This document shows, piece after piece, positions 11,721 through 25,569 of a stretch of DNA of 64,000 nt. A program made the position numbers and the translations under genes. The DNA is taken from the NCBI GenBank assembly GCA_026770705.1, contig JANJGN010000210.1, forward strand, positions 744,001-808,000, in the 5' to 3' direction. The DNA comes from Isurus oxyrinchus. Its lineage: Eukaryota. The notes beneath the pieces were generated by a model. That model had not been told where the DNA came from and searched no databases. It was given only the letters and a program-made list of their open reading frames with translations. Each line of letters starts with the position of its first letter. Position 1 is the stretch's first letter.

Positions 11721-12584
11721 AATTGCAGCAAAATGAATTATTAATATTGTCATTAATATAACTATTAACATTATATTGGTGAAACATTTTTCGGTAAACG
11801 GCGCTAAGTTACTGGGTACATGATTGATCTTTCTTTATTGTGCATTAGGATCTCTCCCACTATTCACGACTATTAAGCTGGTCGCTGCATGCTGCCATTC
11901 ATGTTCAATGCATCACTATCAGGAGTAATCCTCTGTGCTATAGCTAACTGAAACGGTGGCAGATGAATGGAGAGACAGTTACAGATACATAGGTATTCCC
12001 AGGCTGTCATATTGCAAAACAAATGATATTTATCAACATTTTCTGCCTTTGATCGTTTTTAAGAAACTTTAGATGTGTCTCATTGCAATAATGATTTGAT
12101 ATATCGATAGTTCCATACCTTCAACTTTCCCATACAACCAATTGCTTGCGACCGAATGATGTCTCCTACCCTATGAAAGACTCTCAACCGATTCACCACT
12201 CCTAAGCGATTGATGTTTCACAATCTGTCAATGATCGCCTATTGTATAACGATTCAAAGTCCAATGAGTATTCTTCTGTTTAAGGAAATGACCTAATTTG
12301 TCCAGAAATCCTCTCAATGACTGTGAAGTTCAGGCTAACCTTGGTTCTTAGAGTACAATTCACACAATAGCTGAGCTATTCTGTTGTCAGGTTCAAGGTC
12401 ACACCCACCGTCAGTGCCTCTGCTCCCGGCGGGACTCTACAATAGGTTTTGGGGTACAGGAGAGGCCCGGATTCACTCTGGTTTAACAATGTATCTATAT
12501 TGAAGGCTGAGCCATTGAATGTCTGGATTTCTATATATTGGTGTCCTCTTGATCTATATATTCATTCATTCACAATGAACCCTG

Positions 12585-12935
12585 GCTGTCAGCTTTGGTT
12601 CAGTTGGTAGCACTTCCCCCTTTTACATTAAATTGAGGCTGTCTGCCCTCTCAAGTCGATGTAAAAGATCCCATAGTACTATCCTGGCTGGAAGTGCAGG
12701 GGAGTTGTCCCAGGTTTCTTCGCAAATATTTAGCAACCAATAAACATGACAAAATATTAACTGGTCATTATCGCATTGCTGCTTTTGGGAGCTTGCTGTG
12801 CGCAAATTGGCTGCCGCCCTTCTGACAAGACAACAGTGAATACATTTCAGAAGTGCGTTTTTGGCTGTAAAACACTCAGAGATGTCCGGTGATGGTGAAA
12901 AGCGCTATAATACATTTTTCCTTTTTCTCCTTTTT
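12585..12935 (+). mobile_element. Deu-domain SINE (SacSINE1-like)
   Basis: tRNA-like head, then gatgtaaaagatcccatagtactat...ctggtcattatcgcattgct...gtgcgcaaattggctgcc...gcgctataa and a T-rich tail; matches recalled consensus. Confidence 0.7.
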
Positions 12936-14209
12936 TGAACTCTAGGTGTAAAATGAAAAGTGTTGGATTGAGGCAGGGAATCATAGCCTTCTAGGATGCG
13001 TTTACACACCAGGCTGGGAAGAAGGTCATTCAGCCACTCAGGACTGTACCAGCATTAAAAGAAACTATCGAATTTATCTCATGCACTCTCACCCCCACCC
13101 CCCACCCACCCCATGCTGTTCCTCCATAGCCCTGCATTTTATTTCATTAGGGACCATGTCTCTGCTGATAATGGATTACATCCTGTCCAGTTGCCCCACT
13201 TACATTACTCTAGAGCATGACACCATTTAAATTATGTAAAACTGTTTTTCAACTACTACTTCAAAAGGTGATACCTGAGGATCTGAAAGAGGTTAGGACG
13301 GAAATGATGAACGTAAGAGGGTAAAAAGGAATAACGTGGCAACATAAATAGGGGGAAACTTGCTGGAGATCAGCAAGTGTTTCATTCCTTTCCAAGCAAG
13401 GGGAATAATACATCAGGATTTTAAGACGAAGTAAGTTCAGGTCAGATATAGGTAGATTTATTTTTTGCAATCAGTTGCCCGAATTATCACACTCTTGACG
13501 TTTATATCAGGAGTTTCTGTTTAATGCTGAGCTGATCACATAACAACGAAACGCAAAGAATAATTGGAATAATTTAGCCCCAGTTCAAACTGAATATTGG
13601 GGACATGGGTGCTTTCTTCTGATGGAATGCTCAATGTCTTCTCAATCAATGTTAATGATATTAAATGAACAGCAATTACGTTTCGCATAAAATAAAATCT
13701 TGAACATAATGTGTGAAAATAATTATTTATCTTGGTGGATATAATTTGTAAACAGCATGATTTGTTGATACACATGTACACACGCCAATACGCGGACACA
13801 CACAGACACGCACACACAGACACGTAGACACATGCACATACAAACACACATTTCAACTTGAGACCCTACCTTGGCTCCCTCGGAGGCTCTGTAGCATCTG
13901 AAGAAACTGCAAAAATCACCAACATCATATTTCAGGTGGTACAATGATCTAATAATATCTATCCACGTCGCATATGTTGAGTTGGACATTAAAACGCCCA
14001 TAGCCCCAACACTGTGTCCTGGTCCACATTGCTCGCTTCCACCAAGACCATCAAGAATTAATTAATAGGATTGAGACACTTTGCTCTTTTCCTGACCTAA
14101 GAGTGCGTAAATCAGCCACGTTAATCAGCAATAGTTGCACCTTAAATATTGGAACTTTCCACAGGAGTTAATGAGCTGATACATCAGTAGAAGTGGTTTC
14201 TTGACACAT

Positions 14210-15485
14210 TAAGCCAGCATGGACTGGTAAAGGTCAAATCATGTTTAACTAACTTGCTTGAGTTTTTTTCTTGACACAGCAGGTGTCACACAGGTGGATG
14301 AGTCCAATGCTGTTGACATGGTTTATATGGACTTCCAAATGTAATTTGATGAAGTGCCGCACAGCAGGCTTGTGAGTAAAACTGGGGCTCACTGGAATAA
14401 AATGGACGGTAGCATCATGGATAGGGAATAATCTGAGTGCCAGGGAACAACGAGTAGTTTTGAACGGTTGATATTCAGACTCGGGGAAGGATTACAATGA
14501 AGTACCCCAGGGATCAGTGCTAGGATGCCTGCTTTTCATGATATTTATTAATGAACTGGGCATTGGTGTACAGGACACAATTTCAAAATATACAGACGAT
14601 GCGAAATGTGGAAGCATTGCGGGCGATGAGGAGGATAGTGGAGGATCTCAAAAAGACATAGAGAGGTTGGTGAAGAGGGCGGACAAGTGACAAATGAAAT
14701 TTAAGGCAGAGAATATGAGAAGTGGTTCATTTTGGTGGGAAAAACGCAGAGAGACAATATAAAAGAAAGAGTACGAATCCAAAGAGGCTGCAGGAGCAGA
14801 GGCTGTTTATATGTATAAATCATTGAAGGTGGCAGGACAAGTAGAGAGAGGGGTTAATAAAGCATACATCATCCTGGATTTTATCAATAGGGGAAAAGAG
14901 GGTAAAAGCACGGAGGTTATGTTAAACTTGTGTGGCACACTGGTTAGGCGTCAACTGGAGAATTACATCCAATTGTGAGCTTTAGGAAGAATTTGAAGGC
15001 ATGAGAGAGGGCACAGATTTATGGAAAATGTTCCAGGGATAAGGAGCTCCAGTTATGTATAAAGAGTGGAGAAGTTGGCTTTAATCTCCTTGGTGAAGAG
15101 AAAGTGTAGAGGAGATTTGATATGGGGTACTAAAAACCATGAGTGGTCTGGACAGGCTAGATAGGAGGGATTGTTCCCATTGGTGAAAGGATCAAAAACC
15201 AGTGGGCACAGGTTTACAGTAACCTGGAGAAGAAGCAGTGGAGAAGCAAGGGAAAAAACCGTCTTCACACAGTGAGTGGTAAGGATCTGGAATGCATTGC
15301 TTGACAGTGTGGTGTAGTGAGGGACATTTGATGTTTTCAAATGGAAATTGTATCATTACCTGAAAAGGGGGAAAAAACGCTGGAGTATGGGAAAATCAGT
15401 GCCACTAGGACAATTGCTGCTTCAGAGTTCAGCACGGACAGGACCAGCAGAAAGGTATCCTTCTGTGCTGTAAGAATTCAACGAT
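14210..15485 (+). mobile_element. CR1-type LINE, RT and 3' region, decayed
   Basis: Codons for VYMDF, PQGSVLG, IFINEL and SKYTDD-type RT motifs, plus a CR1 3' end. Confidence 0.85.
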
Positions 15486-15769
15486 TCTATCATTAATATC
15501 AGAAGCAGCAATTGAAATCCACATTTTCACAGCATCAACAGTAGCAGAGTCTGTCCAGTGGATGGCAGTGAAACAGTGAAGACTGACACGATATGAGCCA
15601 CGCACACTGTCTCAGTCATTTCTGTTAAACCTGACCCTCTGTCTGTATATATTACACAAAGTCATGTCTCTGATCATTTTACAACAGGTTGTGTCTCAGT
15701 TGTTTCTGTAATAGGCCCAATCTCAGTTGTTAATGAACTGGACAAAGGCCATATTACACTAGACATTAG

Positions 15770-16420
15770 AGTCATAGAGGTCTACAGTACAGAAAAAGGC
15801 CCTTCGGCCCAAGAAGTCTGCACCGGTCAGACAAGTACCTAACTATTCTAATCCCATATTCCAGCACTAGGCCCAGAGACATGTATGCCACGGCATCGCA
15901 AGCGCACATCCAAATGCTTCTTAAATGTTATGAGGGTTTCTGCCTCTACCACCCTTTCAGGCAGTGAGTTCCAGATTCCCACCACCCTCTGGGCAAAAGA
16001 AATATTCCTCGCATCTCCTCTAAGCCTCCTGCCCCTTAACTTAAATCTATGCCCCCAGGTTATTGATTCCTCCACCAAAGGGAAAAGTTCCTTCCTGCCG
16101 ACCCTATCTATGCCCCTCATAATTTTATACACCGCAGTCTTGTCCCCCCTCAATCTCCTCTGCCTCAGGGAAAATAACCCCAGTTTATCCAGCCCTTCCT
16201 CACAACTAAAACTCTCCAGCCCAGGCAACACCCTGGTAAATCTCCTCTGCACTGTCTCTTGTGCAATCACACCCTTCCTATCATTCGGATTCCAGAACTG
16301 CACGCAATATTCTAACTGTGAACTAACTAGCGTTTCATACAGTTCCAGCATAAGCTCCCTGCTCTCACATTCTATGCCTTGGCTAATAAAGGCAAGTGTC
16401 CCATGTGCCTTTTTATAAAT
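15770..16420 (-). mobile_element. CR1-type LINE 3' fragment
   Basis: ORF 15848-16447: LYETLVSSQLEYCVQFW...QRRFTR...LGLFSLRQRRLRGD...WNSLP. Confidence 0.9.
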
Positions 16421-16439
16421 ATACATTCTCTCAGTTATT

Positions 16440-17930
16440 ATGTTCATTAAAGCATGCCTTGGCTACTATAGTAATAGTCTATGTTTCAGTTGTTACTGCG
16501 CTAGTATTTGACTCTGCTTAATAGAAACCAGAACATTTTCTTGTTTGCACGGCATGAGGCTCTTTCTCAGTTATTACACTACTAAACCCTGCCACGTTTA
16601 TACTAAGCTAGGGGATGTCTCGGCCAATGCTGCACCAGTCCATGTCTCTGTTTAGATCATACGATGCCCTGTCACTGTTATTATTGCACAATACTGTGTG
16701 TCTCTCTATTATTGCTGCACTTGCCCATATCTCTGTTTATATTAATCCAGGCCCTGTGTTTGTAATTACTGTGACAGGCTCTTTCTCCGTTTATATTGGA
16801 CAAGGTCCTGTATCAGATAAAACTGCAGTAGACCCCGTGACAGTTTCCTTTCACTAGATCCTGCCTCAGTTATTACTGAACTAGATCAAGTCACAGTTCA
16901 TACTACACAAGGTCCTATTTCAATTATTAGTGCACTCGGCACTGCCCCAATTTCTATTCCATTAGATTATGTCCCTGTTTATATGGCACTAAATCGCATC
17001 TTTGCTGATATTCTGTTCGACCCTATCTCTGTTTATATTATACTGGACGCTGTCTCAGTTTTATATTGCATTAGATCTGGTCTCAGTTTATATTACACTG
17101 CAGCCCGTCTCTGTTAATATTACACTAGACCCTGTCTCAGTTTATATTACATTAGACCTTGTCTCAGTGTATATTACACTATACCCTGTCTCAGTTTATG
17201 TTACACTAGACATTATCTCTGCTGATGTTAAAATAGACACTGTCTTTGTTATTTCTGTGTAGACCATGTCTCTGCTTATATTACACAAGACAAAGTCTGT
17301 TATTACTGCACTAAAGGCTGGCTCAGTAACTGCTGATACTAGGCCCAGTCTTGGTTTATATTACTGTAGGTGCTGCATCAATAATTGGTCCACACGGCCC
17401 TGTCTCAGTATTACTGCATCAGACTCTGACTTTGTTTCTATTGAAATAGATTCTGTCTGTGATAATATTACACCAGTTCCTGCCTCAGTTATTTCAGTGC
17501 TCGGTATTGTCTCAGCTGTTTTCGAATTCGGCCGTGGCTCTGGTTGTATTACATACAGTAAAGTCTCAGTTATTACTGCTCTGAACCCAGTGTCCGCATA
17601 TGCAACGTTAAATCCTGTATTAGTTGTTGTTGCACCAGTCCATACATCTTATATTACACTCGCCTTGTCTCTGTTTTTACTTCAACTAGATCATGTCTTT
17701 TGTTTATCTTACATTGGAGGCAACCTCAGTTATAATTGCACCAGACCCTGTCTAGGGTATTATCAATCCATGTGCCAGATCAATCATTACTGTTCTAGCC
17801 CCGAGAGAGGATTGATATTAATTGATATTAACCCAGGTCCTTATTCAATGATCACTGCACTAACCCTGCCTCAGTTATTACCACACTAGGCAATGCCTCT
17901 ATTATTGCTGCAAGGGTCTATGTCTCTGTG
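16440..17930 (-). repeat. Inverted, older array of the 27-bp satellite
   Basis: Units tagaccctgtctcagtttatattacac, the reverse complement of the main array subunits. Confidence 0.85.
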
Positions 17931-19259
17931 AGTTGGAGACATAATGTTACACACAAAGATGTTGAGGTGGGAATTTTTCTCTGGCGTTGTCCAAAAACGG
18001 GCGGTATTTGATGGCCCGTTCCTTGCAACACCTGACAGTTAGTTTCATTTAGTTTCTGTCAAATAAATTATATATCCGATATTGTCAGTTATGTGTGTTG
18101 TGTGCAAAAAAAACATGCCTCTTGCCTATGCCGCCATTTCTCAAAGATGAATAATGATCTTCACCAGAATGTTTCAGTATTTATTTTGATTTTACTCAAA
18201 CTGTAACTGCGGATGATTTAATACTGCAAATATTTATTGATAACATCTTTCGTTGTGTACTTGTGTTTAGAACGTGATGTCATATTCACCATTTCGTTAT
18301 CAAGACAAACATGTCTATCAGCAAAATCATTGAATGTCTCTTATCTCTTTGTCTGAGGCAGAGCCTAACTCACTGAACGTCTTCCCTTTATCTCTCTCTC
18401 TCTCCATCCACCATCTTAACTCCGTCCCTCACACCCTCTCTCTTTCTCTCTCTCTCTCTCTCTGTCTCTGAGAGTTCCTTATTTATTATGAATCTCCTAT
18501 TATATAATAACACTATTTGGAGAAAATATATTTTTAGTAATTCCCCTTCATTTCTCCCAATGATAACCTTCAACCCATTCACGCCTTCAGTGATTACATT
18601 CAAATCCAAAACTATGCATTTACTTTAATTGTAAATTGTTTAACAACGTAACTATTTATTGATAACCAATTTTTTGTATGTATTTGTTTATAAAATGATG
18701 TCAGACTGACTATTTCGTTCCTAAGGTGGCTTATCTAAGGTGATGATCAGCTGGAAAGCGAATGATCTCACATTGAGAATAACCTGCAGTTTATTAACAA
18801 ATGAGCATCTCAACATTTCACAGAAGCTCATGATAATCTAGAATGTGTGATGATTTGTGCAAGTGATGGCAAAAAATAAAACTTGACCAATACCTGCACA
18901 TGTAATTCTCCAATGTGTTACCCCTGTTGATGGGAAGGATTGAAACTCCTGCTGCTCTCCAGAGAACTTTCACTATTTCTGTTTCCCCTTTTTTAACTTT
19001 TACCTTCACAAACTCCACCACAGCCATTCGAATTAATTTTGGACTGACTGGTTTATCTGTAGGTTGTATATTCAATGTAATCTTATCGAAAATAAACCAG
19101 GATCTAGTGGACCATAAGCAGACACCGGACCTGGTAATAGAAGCAGATATATTGGTTGATGCAGTAATAACAGAGACAAGATCTGGTGTTATATGGTGGG
19201 GTATGGGCAGGTGCCATAACAACAGTTACATGGTCTGGTGTAATAAAATCAGAGAAAGA

Positions 19260-20955
19260 AGCATAGAAACAGAGAAACATAGAAACTAGGAGCAGGAGTA
19301 GGCCATTCGACCCTTCGAGCCTGCTCCGCCATTCATTATGATCATGGCTCATCATTCAACTCAATAGCCTGCTCCCACTTTCTCCCCATACCCTTTCATC
19401 CCTTTCGCCCAAGAGCTTTATCTAACTCCATCTTGAAAACATGCAATGCTTTGGTCTCAACTACTTTCTGTGATAACGAATTCCACTGGCTCACCACTCT
19501 CTGGGTGAAGAAATTTCTCCTCATCTGAGTCCTAAATGGTCTACCCCATATCCCCGGACTGTGACACCTGGTTCTGGACTCCCCCACCATCAAGGTCTTC
19601 CTTCCTGCATCTACCCTGTCTAGTCCTGTTAGAATTTTATAGGTTTCTAACAGATCCCCCCCTCATTCTTCTGAACTCCAGCGAATATAATCCTAATCGA
19701 CTCAACCTCTCCTCATATGTCAGTCCTGCCATCCCAGGAATTAGTCGGGTAAACATTCGCTGCACTCCCTCGATAGCAAGAATATCTTTCCTCAGATAAG
19801 GAGACCAAAAACTGCACACAATATTCCAGGTGTGGTCTCACCAAGGCCCTGTACAATTGCAGCACGACATCCACATTCCTTTACACGAATCCTCTGGCTA
19901 TGAAGGTAAACATACCATTTGCCTTCTTAACCACCTGCTGCATCTGCATGCTTACCTTCAGCGACTGGTGTACAAGGACACCCAGGTCTCGTTGCACATT
20001 CCCCTCTCTCAATTTATAGCCATTCAGATAATAATCTGCCTTCTTGTTTTTGCTACCAAAATGGATAACCTCACATTTATCGACATTATACTACATCTGC
20101 CATGCATTTGCCCACTCACTCAGCTTGTCCAAATCACACTGAAGCATCTCTGCATCCTCCTCACAGCTGACCCTCCCAAACAGCTTTGTGTCATCTGCAA
20201 AGTTGGAGATGTTACATTTAATTCCCTCACCTAAATCATTAGTATATATTGTGAATAACTGGGGTCCTAGCACCGATCACTGCGGTACCCCAGTAGTTAC
20301 TGCTCGCCATTCGGGAAAAGACCCGTTTATTCCTACAATTTGTTTCCTGTCTGCCAACCAGTTTTCTATCCAACTCAATACACTACCCCCAATCCAATGC
20401 GCTTTCATTTTACATGCTTACTCTGATGTGGGACTTCGTCGAAAGCCTGCTAAAAGTCCAAATAAACCACATCCACTGGCTCTGCCTCATCAACTCTACT
20501 AGTTACATCCTCGAAAAATTACAGTAGATTCGTCAAGCATTGTTTCCCTTTCATAAATCCATGCTGACTCTGTCCGATTCTTCCACTGTTTTCCACGTGC
20601 TCAGCTACTAAATCTTTTATAATGGACTCTAGAATTTTCCACACTACCGACGTCAGGCTAACTGGTCCATAATTCGCTGTTTTCTCCCTGCCTCCTTTTT
20701 TAAATAGTGGGGTTACATTAGCTAAGCTCCAATCTGTAGGAACTGTTTCAGAGTCGATAGAATCTTGGAAGCTGAACACCAATACATCCACTATTTCTGG
20801 GGCCACTTCCTTAAGTACTCTGGGATATAGATTATCAGGCGCCGGGGATTTATCGGCCTTCAATTTCTCCAATACCATTTCCCTACCAATATTGATTTCT
20901 TTCAGTTCCTCCCGCTCACTAAACCCCGTGTTCCCCAATATTTCTGGCATGATAT
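19260..20955 (-). mobile_element. CR1-type LINE (RT domain to 3' end)
   Basis: Peptides GPQLFTIYTNDL...FADDTKL, ANVTPLFKKG, QHGFMKGKQCLTNL; tandem (catagaaa)-like tail. Confidence 0.9.
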
Positions 20956-22385
20956 GGGCTAGTGTAGTGATAACAGGCACAATACCTAGTCCAATACAAA
21001 CAGGGATATGCGCTACTGCAGTGATAACACAAATTGACCCAAGGAGTAATATAAGCAGAGAAATGCGTTATTTCTGGAATATAAGAGAGGGAGGTCTCGC
21101 TATAACATTGAATGAACTGGCATTTGTGTGATCATAATAACAAAACTGCTTTGTATAAAATAACAACTGAAAAAGGTCAAAGTGAAACACTAATAGAAAC
21201 AGGGTCACCGTTAACAATATCAGAAACAGATTCCTATTGAAAACTGTTAGGCACAAGGCTTTCAGAAATAATGAGAGAGGTTTGCATTAGAATTTGAATG
21301 ACAGACAAGCTCTGAGCGCAACTGTTACAGAGGCAGCATTTTATACAACGAGTTTGGAGACACAGGTCAGGTTAAAAACCGGAAAGTTGTGTGTAAAAAA
21401 ATACAATGTTTGATGAAAGCGAGGGTCAGCATGTTGCAGCGCATCACTGAATACTCACTGGATCCAGTGTGATGACGGCACAGTCAGGATCTAGTCCACC
21501 CAAATCGAAGTTGGGTCTGATATAATAGTGTGTGTGAGACAGCGCCAATTGATACAATAGCAAATGCTTTACCTAATGTCTAATAATAGTCAAGCACCAC
21601 TGCAATATGAATGGGATGGAGTTGGTGTAATAACACTGACACGGTATAGTGTTATAGCAAATAAAACATAACATTCTGGAATTACTCTGCAGGTCGGCAG
21701 AATCTGTGGTGATAAACAGAGTGAACGTTTCATGGCGATGACCCTTCAGCGGAACCGGGGCCATCGATTTAACTCTGCTTCTCTCCACAGCCACTGCACT
21801 CCCGAGTGCTACAGTTGGTCGCACTTCTGCTTTTGAGCTGCAAGACTTGGTTTTAAATTCCACCCCAGGCTCCGTTGACCACGGGAAGAGTGCTCGTCTG
21901 ACAGGGCGCCGGTTTTTAATCAACCTCCAAAATCCTCCCGCCTCTCCACACTTTTCCCAAGGCTGCAAAGTATATGACGATCCGGAAAACAGACTCGACA
22001 CCTGCTGTCTGACCTGTGGTGGATTTCCAGCACATTCGGTTTCTGGTTTCGATTTCTAGCATCTGTAATATGTTGCCGTTGTAGTAATGTAATGGGAACT
22101 GGGAATATATCAAGTCAACATTGACGAATTAACGGCACTCTCATCCCTCAAGGTTTTGGGTTTAAGCCTCAGTCCAGACAGTTGACCACTTAATATCGGC
22201 CAAGGCTCACGGTGATAGTTCATATGGACGTTTTTCTGTTCTTTTATCCATTAGTTTCTTAGACTCAGCAAGAGTGAGAGAGAAACTGCGCAGTTCCTCC
22301 ATGCAGCGAAGGGCGGGTTCCTAGAACATTGTTGCTGATTTGACTTTCCCGCCTTCTCATACGAAACAAACAACTTCTCTATTCT

Positions 22386-22739
22386 TGGATTTGCGAAGGG
22401 AGTTCTGACTGCGGGGCACGGGCCAGACTGGGGCTGATCTAATAATCACAGAGGCCGGTTCCAGTTTTTCAGTAACAGAGGCTGCTGGTAATCTTACATA
22501 AAGGGGGGCAGGGGGCGAATGAACATCTGATTGTAATGTAATGGAGTGAACGTGTAAGGAAGTAATGATGTTTAAGGGCCTTAGCGCAGGCTGTGTTATG
22601 GTGAGTGACACAGGGATTTGTGTGGTAAAAACGGAGTCTAAACATCATGACAGAGGCCCGTGTGACTGACTCCACCTGACTAAGAGCCGTTATACCCGAG
22701 GGGACGACAATCATGGCGGTCTCCAGAGATTTCTGATAC
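22386..22739 (-). pseudogene. Possible highly decayed V segment
   Basis: Donor gtaaga at ~22787 and acceptor atgcag at 22740. Peptides ITALSQVESVT (FR1-like) and KLEPASVII (FR3-like), then GCCCGTG-22 nt-GCAAATCCA. Confidence 0.35.
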
Positions 22740-24719
22740 CTGCATCTCTCAGAGAAACAAAAAATAACCTGCTCCTTCTCATTCTTACCGACAGTTCTCT
22801 ATTTACACAGACACACAAGGGCCGGACCCGGCAGCTTGTAGAAACCAATGCTTAAATCCTCAGCTTGAGGCCGATGATCGCTGAAAATATTAAACACCAA
22901 AACTTCCCCAGACTCAATGCCACAAATGTTAAGGGTAATCGTGCTTTTTACTAAACAAGTTCCATCCAGTGTAATTTTGCTCAATATAATGATTTGTAAA
23001 TAGTAATGAACTTCTGAGGGATGCCTCGTAATTATCGACACACACACTGTGGCGCTGTCAAAAGACAGGATTAGCACAAGACGAAAGCTGCATAATTATT
23101 GCATTTTATTCGGTCTCATGCAAGGACAGAGGAAGATACAGAAAACGTGCTGGGACAATTATATCGACGAATGATCCAGTTGATCTCTTCAAGTATTTAT
23201 CTGATTCACTTTACAAACTTACTATTAAGCCGATTCCATCACGCTTTCAAGCTGTGCATTCCAGTTCATAACAACTCGCCGTGTAAAAAAATAAACAATT
23301 ATCCTCCTGCCTTCCTGTTCAATAAAGTAAATCTGTCGCCTCCTGCCAGTTGAAATATTTTCTCTTTATTTACTCTATTAATGCATTTCAATACTTTTAT
23401 TTAATAGACTCACAGAGAGGTGGATAGAGATAGACAGAGATAAAACTGAGCGAAGAAGACTTCAAATGGAAAAGGGAGACGGAGTGTTGCAGAGAAACAG
23501 GGGAAACAAGCTTCGAGAGAGAGTGCATGCCCAGGGAGTGTGTGTGTGAGTGGCGGGTAAGAGTGGGGGTGTGGGGGTGTGTGGAGGGGGGCTTTAGAGT
23601 GGGGAGCGGGTGATGGAGCATGATAACGAAAAATGAAAGGTAGCAAGCTCTCATTTCCCCGCTTCAGGGACCCGGGGAACCTCAGTGATTGATCCATTGA
23701 CCACTTAGTTATCTCCTGGAAGCTCGAAACAGATCAGGAGAGGCTCATTTGTAAATGTCACCGCAATGTGATCTGTGTGACTCTGCCCTGACTCTGTGGC
23801 CAGATATAAGCCGCTTTGACACATGTTCTCACCAGATTGTGGCCCCTGGATTTATTTTCTGCTCAGAAGTGAGATGTGCGGTTTGGAACCGGCAGCAGAG
23901 AAACAGGAAGTTGTGTTACCTGAGAATGAAACAGCAGGAGTCGGTTTCATGTTATCACCGTGAACAGTCTTCCTGCCTGTGAGGGTGAACTCACTCTGAC
24001 AGCATCAAGAACAACCACACAGATTGCTGCCGGTCTCAGCATTGCATTCAGCTCCATTTCCAATTTAAAGAATTAAATAAATGAGATTGTTTTGGTTATA
24101 GCATATTAACTGAAGGGGGGATGAACTAAACGTAATCACTGGGAGAAAAGAGCAGAAATTCAAACAATAATTTCTCTCACAGAGGGTTATTGTAAAATAG
24201 AAAGTTTTAAGAGGGTTTGGTGTTTTCTGAGAGAAAGAGAGGGAAGAGGTGAAGTGGGTGAGCTGGTGTCTTTCTGGCGCTGAATTTTCCTTTGATGAGG
24301 TTTTGGCCCTTATCGTTTCAGTGATAATGTGCCTCAAGCAAAAGATTTAAACGTTGGTTCCTCGTAGCTGCCAGATCTGGCCCTTGTGAGTCTGTGTTAG
24401 TGAGTTAAGTGAAGTCTGAGAGAAAGGAGAGGTTAACTGATTTAGCTGTAGTCTGAGACAGAGGAAGAGAGGGAAGAAGTTCAGTGAGTCATTTGAACAA
24501 TGTATTTGCCGTGACAATGGAATTTCCAGCTTGACACTACTTTATGGATCACGCATGACAATACATTGCTGATAAATATTAACAGTAGCATAGGATCTGT
24601 AAGTATATTCTCAATAAGCTATCATAACGTGCTGAAAAATAATTGTAATGTATTTTGCAAGCAATGGAAAATTATGTGTGCCAGATGTACCCGCCTCCAC
24701 AGCCATACATACAGCTGCA

Positions 24720-24755
24720 AACACCCATATACACACCCACACACCGACAGACACA

Positions 24756-24796
<41 letters not shown>

Positions 24797-24950
24797 TCAC
24801 ATACACAGGCACACAGACACCGACTGACAGGCACACACACTGACACACACCGACAGACACACACGCAGCCACACACACACAGAGAGACCGACACACACCG
24901 ACACACACACACACACACTGACACACACACACACACAGCCCCTGACACAC
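24720..24950. repeat. (CA)n-rich microsatellite
   Basis: Direct inspection. Confidence 0.95.
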
Positions 24951-25569
24951 AGGAACATGGGTCATTTGGACGCTACAGCCACCCATTCGCCTGATGATAC
25001 GGTTTCAGACTCTGCCTCTCACAATCGGTGGCCACGCCAAAAGCAAACAGAAAGTCCTATTGGAAAAGTGGGAAAAAAAACTTAAAATGAAAGATAACTG
25101 TGAGCAGTTACCACAGATCAACTCAAGCATGAATTAGTCATCTCGAACACAATGCAGTGTGTGACTAAGTTGTGCAATGTGCAGTCCAATGTTGTTCACC
25201 TTTATTTCTGTTCCTCAATCTCATTGATGAAGGGAATGTTACAAGATTCATCCCAACCTTTCAACACAAACATTACACACATTACACCAGAGCAATTAGA
25301 AATTGCACCCAACGCCTAATAGTTATTAACAAGACTAAACGTATTCTTTCAATCACTTATCACCAACAGGGTATTATAACATTCTTAAAGTTAATACCCA
25401 CCTATCCATGTGGCTCGCTCTCTCCATCTCTAGTCAGCAGAAACCTTTTATAATGCAGTAAGAACTGAGACTTGGTCCAGTTTATCAATAAATGAGATAG
25501 GACCTCTACAATATAAGGTGAGACATAGGAGAGCACAGTAATGAATGAAGCTGTCTAATACAGTAATAT

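Noticed and set aside
24566-24994. HT/VC-repeat ORFs
   Set aside because: Translations of a (CA)n microsatellite.
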